64,000 nucleotides of DNA from Chiloscyllium plagiosum (Eukaryota): positions 55,991,861 to 56,055,860 of the forward strand of contig NC_057719.1 of the NCBI RefSeq assembly GCF_004010195.1. Reading direction: 5' to 3'. Below the pieces are notes generated by a model. It was not told the DNA's origin and did no database searches. It saw only the letters and a list, made by a program, of their open reading frames with translations. Positions 53,196 to 64,000 of the stretch are shown here, in pieces. Position numbers and translations under genes: made by a program. The first letter of the stretch is position 1. The number at the start of each line of letters is the position of its first letter.

Positions 53196-56100
53196 TCTTA
53201 TTGTCATGGCCGAAGTATACAGCTTTTACTTCGGACAGCCATTTAGTGAGTGGCAGAGAAATGAGACGATCTCAATGTTAAAAATGCTCATATATTTGCA
53301 TGTTATAATTATATTGAAAGAACTTCTTCATTCTTTACTTATCTAGGTATCGGTCCAACATCCACAGCTGGGGTGAGGCAGCTGCTGAAAGCTACATCTT
53401 GGTAACCACCACGACTCTGGTCAACTCTTTGGTGGCCTTCAGCTCCAGAGGGCTTTGGGTTGATGAAAGTCTCCTGCGTAGATGGAAGTGCACCCTCTTC
53501 AGTCAGATTTGTTGGAGGCACAAGGGAGGTGAATGGACAGGAAACATCAGAAATGTCCTCAGATGTAGCTCCTAGGGTGTGGCTCTGACCCCCTACTCCC
53601 TGTGGGTACCTGCTGGCACCACCCTGTCTCTTTGAGACACAGCAATATCTGGAGTGAGGTTGAGACACCTGATTTGCCCTCTCTTCTTGGCATTGATGTG
53701 AGTAACGATCCATGGCCGGAGTAATGAAGTTGTGGTTTGAACTGGTATCCAGCAGCTGATGTGTTCTCTGCTCTGGGTCTCTGGGACAGCTACATCTTTC
53801 CATACAGATAGCCAGTGCACACACACACTGGAGCCATCATAGCAGACAGAAGATAGACAGTCTCCTCCGTATTTCGCTCCAGTCTAGCCTTCTGCCATCA
53901 CTGCCTGATTCTCCCTTGTCTGTCACTGCAGGTTGATCACATCAGTTACACCTTCTGTATGGACCTGAGCTGGTGTCTGGTCTCCTGAAGTCCTCAAACA
54001 TTTCATCCTCCTCTAGCTGGAGAGACATGTCAGTGATGTGCACACCAGATCATATCCCTGAGTCCACTCTACCCGTTGATCTGAAAGTCTCAGGGCTGCT
54101 GGAGGATGCAGGAGAAGATCGATCCTCTGAATTATCATAGGTTCAACCTCAAAGGTGCTGGTGCTGGAGAGGCTCTGGGGCCTCTGCCATTCCACTTTGC
54201 ACTTCATGTCTTAGTGACATGGCTGAATGAGAGGCATTCACCTCCTTGAGCAAACTGGGCCCAGGATGCAGGAGTCTGATGGGATAGCGTCTTTTGCTCC
54301 TCAAAGTCGAAGAGCACTGCCTCTCGGGCCTGAAGGTGTGGGGAAGATGGTTGAATGAAGTATCATTAAATCAGGGTGTCACCTTTTGATGCTAGGCACA
54401 GGTGGGATGGCAGCAAAGATGTCAGCCTGTTCTGGAGGCCTTGCAGTGAGTGAAGGGCTGCTGAGTGATCATTCAATATGTCATCAAAACCTTCAACCCA
54501 GGGAGGTTCAGGATACAAGTGAGAACTTCCACTCATCATCTGCACACTATTCGTTGTTTAACTTGCAAGAACACTGACTTGTGCATGAAATGTATGGAAG
54601 AGCAGATGATCAACACAAGTCATGGCAGATGTGTTGCCAACTATTACACCTGCTGTCATACTTTAACTCCAAAATGGAAAATCGCAGACATAAACTCTGC
54701 ATTTCTCTCCATCACTGCTGCCTGATCGATGAAAGTTTGCAACAATTTAAGCTTTCCCTACTGTTTCGTACCTTTAGTGTTTACTTAATACCATGAGTAT
54801 TTCAATTAATTACATAAACAACTCCAGTCTGAATGATTTATCAGCTTATTTATGATACTTGACAGTAAATAAACATTCAGGACTCAGACCGCTTTGCGCC
54901 TGTAGACTTGTAAGAAACATTTACAAATCAACTCTGCATAACTTCATGAAGGAGGTACAAGTAACTCTGGATCTATACTGATATTTGTTCAGCATATGAA
55001 CTAGAAATTGTCATATAACTCCATCCATGGTGGTCAAGAGTGGGAAAGACAATTTATTGCCATTTTGCCATCTGAGTTATGATAACAGTAATCCTTTAGT
55101 TAATGTTCAAAGTAATAATAATTCAATATTCAAAGTATTAATAGTTCAGTGTTATTATTTGCTTCCAGTCCTTATTGGTCCAATGAAGATATGTTATATT
55201 ATTGTTACTTTTATCTAATTACTCACATGTAATTTCCAGGACAGAGACCATCAGTCAATAGAGATTGACTAGACTTATTGGACAAATAAGGGTTAGCTTA
55301 TACTGATAAAGGCAAAAATAAGTTTTAAATGACAATGTAGTAGGAAGGTAAGCAACTAAAAGTCTATTCATTGCAAGACAAGAATGTGTGTTGAAATCCT
55401 CACATCTCTTCTCATGCGCTTATTAGCCATAAATTGGATCCTTCTCAAGGAATTAAATGTCACATAGGCTCAAAATTAAGTTTCAATATTGCAATCATTC
55501 CCTTTTATCCCTTGTTATTTTATAGATTTATACTTTACTTGTACTTCATCCTTGCTGTTCCTTCCCTTTTAATGTTTACATTAGTCATGGTAGACAATCA
55601 TCAAAGTTGTCTAACCACAGACACATACACAGTGGTTGATTTCCGCTTCAAAATTGGATTCTGGATAGTTCTAACACTTGAGCTGCTGGTTGTGGAGAAA
55701 AGTGGCAAGTATTTGCATCTTTCATGACTTTCATCATCATGTTTTGACGGGTGAGTGTAGGTTTCCCAAGGGTATGCTACAAGCATTAAAAGTGAGCAGA
55801 TTGTGATGTCAGTCCATATTTGGCACCGATTCAGCACCCAACCTGACACTGTGCACTTCCTGCTCCTCATTGAGTCATGCAGTCATGATGGTACAGAAGG
55901 GGGTCATTTAACCCCTTGGGTCCATACCAACTCTCTGTTGAACAATCTAGTCAGTCTCATTCCCTCTCTCTATCCATGAGGCCTTTCAAGATTATTTCTC
56001 TCAAGTTTCTCTCCAATTTCTTTGTGATCAGCTCCAGTTTCATCACCCTCATAGGCTATGAGGAAAGTACTACTCCGAGGAGGTGGCTGGGGAAGAAAAT

Positions 56101-56279
56101 GGTTCTTGCTTACACAATCCAGAGATTTTACGTCAGATTGTAACCTGACAGTGACATGGGATTTCAAAAGACAGATAAGCAGGAACACATTGGCATGCTG
56201 CATGAATTCAGCAAAGCTGATTGCAACAACTTCAGTGATGGTTACATCAGTAATGACAAGCAATATCTCATCCAAGGCA

Positions 56280-56821
56280 ATGCCGACATGAGTTCATACT
56301 TGTACTCTGCTACTGAATCCTGTCATATGCCACCTTTCCTGTGAGAGAGAAGGAAGAGAGTTAGTGAGTGCATTGCACTGTGTTTGACTGACATGCTTGT
56401 CATAACGAATAGCTGGAAGTATGTGGAAATTGTGAGATGTGGATGTGAGGATTGCAGCAATATTAAGTGTGAGAGAGTGATGCGTAGTACAAGAATCTGA
56501 CAAATAAATGCTGAGTTTTACAGACCATTGATAATGTGAGTGATGGGAATATGGTGCATTGAGCAACATGCAGGTTAGTGATACACATGGTAGGATATTA
56601 CAATATTTCACAGACCTTAAGCTCTGTAAATTTATTCACAGGCCTTAAGCACTATGGCTATATCTTCCAACACTGCATCAGACACCCAGTGTTGTCCCCC
56701 ATGGGTATCTGCTTTCACTGCCTTCACAGTAGCAATCAACCCTGCCAGCACCCTGGAGAATTGTTGCTTCTGGCCTCGTTTCAACTTCCTGCACTAAGCC
56801 CTCCAACATCACTTCTGAGAA
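56280..56821 (-). pseudogene. Decayed Harbinger Myb/SANT-like second gene with probable intron
   Basis: 'FSEVMLEGLVQEVETR..ILQGAGR', 'L*RQ*KQI', 'MQCWKI'; after the acceptor ttctctctcacAG (56339-40) comes 'KVAYDR'. Confidence 0.6.
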
Positions 56822-57342
56822 CTAAAGACATGATAAGATAAAACAGCGGAGCAACAGTAGACCCTTGACCATACTCGTCCATTGAGTACATTCATGGCTG
56901 ATTTTCTGCCTCAACTTCACTTTCCTGCCTGCTCCCCACACGATTCCTTGCTGGATCAACCTTAAGTATTTTCAATAGTGGAACATCAGCAACCCTCTAC
57001 GATAACAATTCCAAACATTCACAGCCCTCTGAATGAAGCAATCTCAACCCTAAATGATTAAATCTTTATCCTGAAACACTGGGTTTCTGATTCTCCAGGC
57101 AGCCATAAAAGTCAGCAACATGGAAACAGGCCTTTTTGGCCCAGTTTTCACAATTAATCTAGTCCCATTTGCCTGCATTTGGTTCATATCCCTCCATACT
57201 TATCTCATCCATGTATCTGTCCAAATGTTTCTTAAATGACAAAACTACACTCGCCCCCTACTATTACCTCTGGCAGTCTGTTCCAGACACTCACCACCCT
57301 CTGTGTGAAAAAAGTGCCCCTCTGGACCCCTTTGTATCTCTC

Positions 57343-57544
57343 TGGAGTAGAGTGGTGCTGGAAAAGCATAGCAGTTCAGGCAGCATCCGAGGAGCAGGAA
57401 AATCTGACGTTTCGGGCAAAAGCCCTTCATCAGGAATACAGCTTCGGATTTTCCTGCTCCTCGGATGCTGCCTGAACTGTTGTGCTTTTCCAGCACCACT
57501 CTACTCCAGAATCTGGTTTACAGCATCTGCAGTCATTGTTTTTA
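57343..57544. mobile_element. Palindromic PLE terminal-repeat mini-element
   Basis: Arms 57341-57437 and about 57447-57510; perfect 15-bp TSD ccctttgtatctctc at 57328-57342 and 57545-57559. Confidence 0.9.
57401..57437 (-). ncRNA. Hammerhead ribozyme motif (best-preserved core)
   Basis: Reverse complement: attc-CTGATGA-a-gggc-tttt-gccc-GAAAC-GTC-agatt. Confidence 0.8.
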
Positions 57545-58959
57545 CCCTTTGTATCTCTCCCCTATCACCTTAAACCTATGCCGTCCAATTTTAGACTCTC
57601 CTACGATGGGGAAAAACTAATGGCTATATATTTTGTCTAATCCTCTCATGAGTTAATAGACCTCTATAAAGTCACCCCTCGTCTCCTATGCTCCAGGAAA
57701 AAATAGTCCCACTCACCTTCTCTTTATAATTCAAACCTTCCAGTCAATCTCTTCTGTTCTATTTCTAGTTTAATAAGCCAGAGCAAATGACTTTTCAGTC
57801 TCCATCCTGTCAAGCTCTTTCAGAATCTTGTGAGTTTCAACTACATCACTTTTTACTCTTCTCAACTCCAAGAAATTCAGGCCCAATTTACTCAGTCTGA
57901 CCTGTTTACCTTTGTGCGTAATGCACTTTCCAGTTCTCTTTGAGGTTGACTTTATGAAGTACAAGCCTATTTGGTGCTGGCTACACAAGAACCTGGGTTT
58001 AATGGTGAGCTGTGCAGCTACCCAATGGCACATTTAATGCTGGGTTGAGCATTAGAATGATTATATCAAGCTGGTAGCAAGAAGTTTGCATGTTGACTGC
58101 TCTATTCCCAAAGGGCACAAGATAGTGACATATCACCAATTTCAGGGGCTATACAATTTTGGTCTATTGAATTCTAATGTATAATGATGTAATAAAATTA
58201 ACTGGCTCAGACAGCACACCACACCCTGCTTCACCCTGGTCCAACAAAAAGCAGAGTACTACTGCTCAACCTAACTCAGGAGCAATACCAATGTGTTAGA
58301 TATCTAACTCTGGGGAGTCATGAAGATTGTTTCTGAAACATTGCAATTAACACTGCTTGAGTGGTGTCTGGCTTAATAGCTAACAAAGCACTTCCATTGT
58401 CACAGGACTTCAAAATAAACATGCACCCAACTGAAATTGATAGACCTAAATGTAACCCGCTCCAATACCATCCCTCAATAGTCAGCCAATGGTTGACTGA
58501 AAACATCACCAGCTGCAATCTGGTCACTTGACCTGAGTGGTGAAGTCCCAAATTTCAACCTTCCACTGAACATCTGAGCACCCCTTGAGAAAGGGCCAGG
58601 GAAGATATAGGAGCAGCTCAAATTGTGACTGTAGCTATCCAAGTCTGAACCTTCACCCATAAACTGAACTTCTTTCCTGAGAAACCCATTCCTGGTATAT
58701 CAAAACCATCCACACTGAAGCTGAAGCTTTTAAATGGATTGTTTACCTCAATGTCAAATCATTCGTACTTCAGTACAGATTAAAGCCATTTTAATTTTTA
58801 AAAATGATTTTTTAAAATGGCTTTAATCTGTACTTTTGTTGGTGTAAAAAGAAAGTGGGATGTGAGGAATTATAGCTAGAGCTTTCTATGGCAGGAAAAT
58901 GAGTAGGATGACCTGTTTCAGCTTTCTGAGACCATGTTACAGGAAGGAAGTGGGGTGTT

Positions 58960-59432
58960 TGGAGGTTTACCAGGATGTTGCCTGGATCAGAGGATGTGAG
59001 GTATAAGGAGAGGCTAGAAAACCTCAGGTTGTTTTCTCTCCAGTGGCGGAGGCTCCATGGAGACTTGATAAAAGTCTGTAAAATTATGAGGTGCATAGTT
59101 AGGATTGACAGTCAGAATCATTTTTTCTCAGAGTTGAAATGTCTAATACAAGGGGGCATGCATTTAAGGTGAAAGGGGACAAATTCAAAGAAGATGCGAG
59201 GGGCAAGGTTTTTACACAGAGCATGATCGGGTCTGGAACGTATTACCAGAGGTAGTGGTGGAGGCAGATACAATAGAGACATTTAAGGGACTTTTAGATA
59301 AGCACATGAATATGCAAGAAATGGAGAGATATAGATCAAGGGTAGGCAGAAGGGATTAGTTTAATTTGGCATCATGTTCAGCCCAACATCATGGGCTGAA
59401 GGGCCTGTTCCTGTGCTGTAATGTTCTATGAA
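58960..59432 (+). mobile_element. CR1 3' fragment
   Basis: 'RLENLRLFSLQWRRLHGDLIKV' and tail 'gggcctgttcctgtgctgtaatgttctatg'. Confidence 0.88.
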
Positions 59433-61009
59433 AACATAAATGTGGGTACAAGGAGATTAACCTAAATCAGTTACAAAAAGGATAAGTACTAAGCTAACTC
59501 TCATGGATAATCACATAATACTGTTGATTAGCTTCTTTTGAAAAATAATTGCCTTATAAACTTAGTTAAGGATCAGTTTGAACATTTCAAAATGCTCTAT
59601 GATGATTAACTACTCTGTGGAACTCAATAGTTGTGTTGATGGATCAAGAATAAGTCATTTTAACAATGCATCTGGTCAAGGTTGAATAATACATATTGTC
59701 TTGTTAGATTGATATCATGGAATTTGTTCAAGGATCAGCAAGAAAGTTCATGAAATTTATCTTCTTGTAAATGTTACCTGTGATTGTTCACCTTACTCAG
59801 CAGAATGAGTGTTTGATTTTGAGCGATATGAGAAGATATCCATGTAAAGACATATAGCTGTGATAAAGGATTAAAAGAGGAAAAGCGTTATTTGCTCTCC
59901 GTAAAATCCTAAGAAATTAATCGGGTTAATTTTTGTTTAGAAGGATAAATGCCTATGTACATGTGTACATATTTTCAAGCTTCTGTCTTTTCATAGCAAT
60001 AGGAAAATCCTGATTAACAAAGGACACTCGCAAAAATTGCAAACCAGCATTTTTGTTCCTTTATGCAAACTGGCAGGCAAGGCAACATAATGTAGAAGTT
60101 GATAAAAACAAGTTTATATTGATGATCTTAAACCACAGTTACTGGAATTAAAAGATTGTCATATCTTAAAAATCAGACTCCCATCTAAAGGAAATAATCA
60201 CCAGGTTGGCTTTCCGAGAACAAATGAAACAATACGAACATAGAATTTGAAATTTATATACATTCATTAGAATCAAAACGTTGGCCTCAAGAAAAAAATT
60301 CAAAGTTATCAAAACTAAATTTTGAATGTAAAGGAGCTTAATCTAATTATAAATAAGCTATCACCCCTATAAGTAAGGATTTAGCTATGCAGCCTCAAAC
60401 ATCCCATAAATTTTGATAACAGACATAAGATTCTCTGATTGGCTTAACTCACTAGGGAGTCTCCAGATAAAGGTCGGCTGTTGAGGCTCAGTGAAAGTAA
60501 TTCTCTCCCTAACTGGGACAGAGTTATATCACTAACTCTGTACACATCCCTTGGGAAAGTAAGGTAAATACCATTTTAATGATTGATGGATATCCATTTT
60601 GCAGTTATAATAAGTAAAATTTAAATTTTCATTATTAAATCCAGATTCTCTATTAGAAATACGATGGTACTTGCTCTCTACTTTTTAAAACCTATTTAAT
60701 GAGGCAAGTGATTGCTTCCATCTGACTTTGAGTTATATTTTAATAAACTATACATGTAAACGGATATGATCTAGTTGAATTATGGAGACATGGGTGCAGA
60801 GTGACCAGGGATGGAAACTGAACATTACAGATATTCAGCATTTAGAAAGGACAGACAAAGGAAAAGGTAGCGGACTTGCATTGCTGACTAAACAGGATAT
60901 CAACAAAATATGGAAGAAAGATATTAGCTCAGACAATGTAGCATGTGTGGGTAGAACTGAGAAACACCAGGAGGCAAAAAAGCATTACTGGGGGTGGTAT
61001 GTAAATGTT

Positions 61010-61710
61010 GGAAGGTGTGATGCTGGAAAAATACAGCAGGTCAGGCAGCACCCGAGGAGCAGGAGAATCGATGTTTCGGGCATATGCCCTTCATCCGGGA
61101 TGTGGGGATGGGGGAAGTGGGCTGAGAGATAAATGGGGGGAGTTGGGGCTGAGGGGAAGGTATCTGGGAAGGTGATAGGTAGATGCAGGTGTGGGCTAAT
61201 GGTGATATGTCAGAGCGGAAGGTGGAACAGATAGGTGGGAAGGAAGATGGACAGGTAGGACAGTTCAAGTGGACAGTGCCAAGTTGAAGGGTTGGATCTG
61301 GGATGAAGTGGGGAGAGGGGAGATGAGGAAACTGTTGAAATTGACATTGATGCTGTGTGGTTGGAGGTTCCCAAAGCAGAAGATAAAGCGTTCTTCCTCC
61401 AGGCATAGGGGGTTTGGATTTGGCGATGGAGTAGACCCCAGGACATGCATGTGCTTGGGGGACTGGGAGGGAGTGTTGAAGTGATTGGCCATATGGAGGT
61501 AAGGTTGTTGGTGCATGTGTCCCAGAGATGTTCTTCAAACGTTCTGTGAGTTGGTACCCAGTCTCTCCGATGTAGAGAAAACCACATCAAGAGCAACAGA
61601 CACAGTAGCTGAGGTGTTTGGCTGTGCCGGAAAATCTCTACTGGATGTGGAAGGATCCTTTGGGGCCTTGGGTGGAGGTGAGAGGGAAGATATGGGCACA
61701 GGTTTTACAC
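61010..61710 (-). mobile_element. PLE 3' fragment (GIY-YIG remnant plus terminal repeat with mutated hammerhead)
   Basis: Similar to 4015-4630; the core reads CGGATGA-agggcatatgccc-GAAAC-ATC. Confidence 0.85.
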
Positions 61711-63229
61711 CTAGTGATATAAAAAAGACCAAACTATATAGCTACGATGTTGGGAAGGATATTAAACAGAAAATCAGAGATATGTACGAAAAGGAATAGA
61801 TAATGTATGGATAAATGTAATCCACATATAGCTCAGGAAAATCAAATCAGTCACAAATATCATATCAGGAAGGAATTCCTAGAGTGGTTACGAGAGGTTT
61901 TCTGGACTAATACATTGAGGAAACAACCAGAGAACAGACCATTTTAGTCTGACATATACAATGGGGAAGATCCTTATGCACGGACAAAGGAAGGGAAGTT
62001 AAAGATAGCATAAAATGGTATGAGGAAAGTTAGAGGTAGTATGAGATGCATAAAAGAGTAGCACACAAGTTGGAAAGAAAAACAATAGATCAGAGGATTG
62101 GAAACAACTTCGAAGTCAACAAGATGATTGATTAAGAAGGAGAAAATAAAATATGAGAGTGAGTTTGCAACGAACATTATAACAGACTGTAAAAGTTTCT
62201 GTAGGTACATAAATAGAAAAATATTGTTGAAAACTAATGCAGATCCTTTGCAGTCAGAAACGGGGTATTTATAATGGGTGACAAACTAATTTCATATTTC
62301 ACTTCTATTTTCTCACAGGAGGACACAAATAACATCCCAGAAAATGATCAGGAACACAAGCTTTAGTGAGAGGGGGTAACTGAAGCAAATGGGTATGAGG
62401 AGAGAAATTGAATTGGAGAAAATAATGTGATTGAAGGCAGATAAATACCCAGGGTCCGATAACCTACATTCCAGAATACTGGAGGAAGTGACCCGAGAAA
62501 AAGTGGGTGCATTGGTGGCAAGTAGTCATCTTCCGAGATTCTTTACACTCTGGAACAGTTTGTATAAATTGGGGGGGGCTGGCTAATATAATCTCAATAT
62601 TTAAAAAGAGAGGTAGAGAAAACCGGGGAATTATAGGCTAGTGAGTCTGACATATACAATGGGGAAGATGCTAGAGTCCAGTATGAAAGCTTTTACAGCA
62701 AAGCATTTAGAAAACAGTGATAGAATCAGACATGGTCAGCATGGATTTGCTAAAGGGAAATCATGTTTGATAAATCTACTGGAATGTCTCAAAAATGTAG
62801 CTAGTAGAGTTGATCAGGGGAGCCAATAGATATCATTTAGTGGACTTTCAGAAGGCTCCCACATAAGAGATGAATGTGTAAAATTAAAGCACATGGAATT
62901 GGAGTAGTGTATTCCAATGGATAGAAAATTGGTTAGCAGACAGGAAACAAAGAGTAGGAAAAAAATTCAACTTTTTCTGAATGGCAGGCAGTGACTAGTG
63001 GGATACTGCAGAGAATCATTGTACGAACCCAACTATTCACAATATATGCTAATGATTTAGATGAGGGAACTGAATCCAATATCTTAAAATGTGCAGATGG
63101 CACGAAGTTCAGTGGAACACTGAGCTGTGAAGAGATGTTGCAAAGTTATTTGGATAGGTTGAGTAAGTGGCCAAATGCATGGCAGATGCGGTATAATGTG
63201 GAAAAATATGAGGTTACCTACATTGGTAT

Positions 63230-63780
63230 GTTTTAATTTATTCATCAATGGTTGGCCAACATTTATTGCCCATTCATCGTTGCCCTTGAGAGGGTGGTGA
63301 GTGAGCAGCCTTTTGAATCCCTGCAGTCCACCTGCTGTGGGTTGACCCACAATGCCATTAGGGAGGAGATTCCAGGGTTTTGAACCAGCGACAGTGAAGG
63401 AACAGCAATATACTTCCATGTCAGGATTTTGAGAGTCTTGGACGGCAACTTTAAGGTGGCAGTGTTCCCATGTATCTGCTGCCCTTGTCCTTCTAGATGG
63501 AAATGTTCATGGTTTTGGAAGGTCCTGTCTGAGGATCTTTGGTGAATTTCTGCAGTGTACCTTGTAGATAGTACGCACTGCTGCTGTTGAGTGCTGGTGG
63601 TGGAGGGAGTGGATGTTTGTGGATGTGGTGCCAATCAAGTGGCTGTTTCGTCCTGGATGGTGTCAAGCTTCTTGAATGTTGTTGGGCCTGCACTCGTTCA
63701 GGCAAGTGGGGAGTATTCCATCACCTCCTGACTTGTGCCTTGGAGATAGTGGACAGGCTTTTGGGAGTTGGGAGGTGTGG
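63230..63780 (-). mobile_element. Family-2 LINE 3' fragment
   Basis: Tail 'ggccaacatttattgcc'; 'gtcctggatggtgtcaagcttcttg'. Confidence 0.85.
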
Positions 63781-63920
63781 TAGCAAAAACAGGAAGGCAG
63801 ATTTTTATTTGAATGTCTGTAAATTGAGATAAAGGAATGTTTAATGAGACTAGGGCATCCTCAATCACCAATCACTGAAAGTAAGTGTGCAGGTGCATAA
63901 GGCATTAAAGAAGGCAAACA

Positions 63921-64000
63921 GGGGATCCAAGATGGCGGCGACCCAGCAAGACTGAGTCTTTAGTGTTCCTCCCAAGACTTGGGTACAGTGGGTCACCCAC
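63921..64000 (+). mobile_element. Probable 5' end of an L1-clade LINE
   Basis: Abrupt break of CR1 sequence into ggggatcCAAGATGGCGgcg, a YY1-type motif typical of L1 5' termini; runs off the window. Confidence 0.5.

Larger units (their letters stand above)
56825..57900 (-). mobile_element. CR1 3' fragment with nested HER1 (about 57110-57770)
   Basis: Two CR1-type tails and ORF2 C-terminal remnants. Confidence 0.75.
60750..63920 (+). mobile_element. Long decayed CR1 ORF2 (APE to RT) with nested PLE and family-2 LINE
   Basis: 'ETW', 'GNYRLVSL', 'QHGFAKGKSCLINLLE', 'WQMRYNVEK'. Confidence 0.85.

Overview
Eukaryotic, repeat-dominated, non-coding DNA, almost certainly from a cartilaginous fish (shark). 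The evidence is HE1-type V-SINEs and HER1/CR1 LINE 3' ends. I found no convincing host protein-coding exon, rRNA, true tRNA or CRISPR array; the ORF track is essentially transposon debris or antisense noise. The window holds many CR1/HER1 LINE fragments, a second CR1-group LINE family with a partner tRNA-SINE, L2 and Deu-type SINE remnants, and one decayed L1-clade LINE plus the probable 5' end of another. It also holds Tigger-like DNA transposons and MITEs, a solo LTR with a 4-bp TSD, old Gypsy pol remnants, and decayed Harbinger transposase and Myb/SANT genes. The most notable signal is a dense set of Penelope-like element (PLE) termini carrying minimal hammerhead-ribozyme motifs (CUGAnGA-stem II-GAAAC-GUH). 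Many occur as TSD-flanked fold-back (palindromic) mini-elements, and several arms end at the same ATTC boundary just upstream of the ribozyme core. Family names come from recalled motifs, not database searches; many boundaries are approximate.
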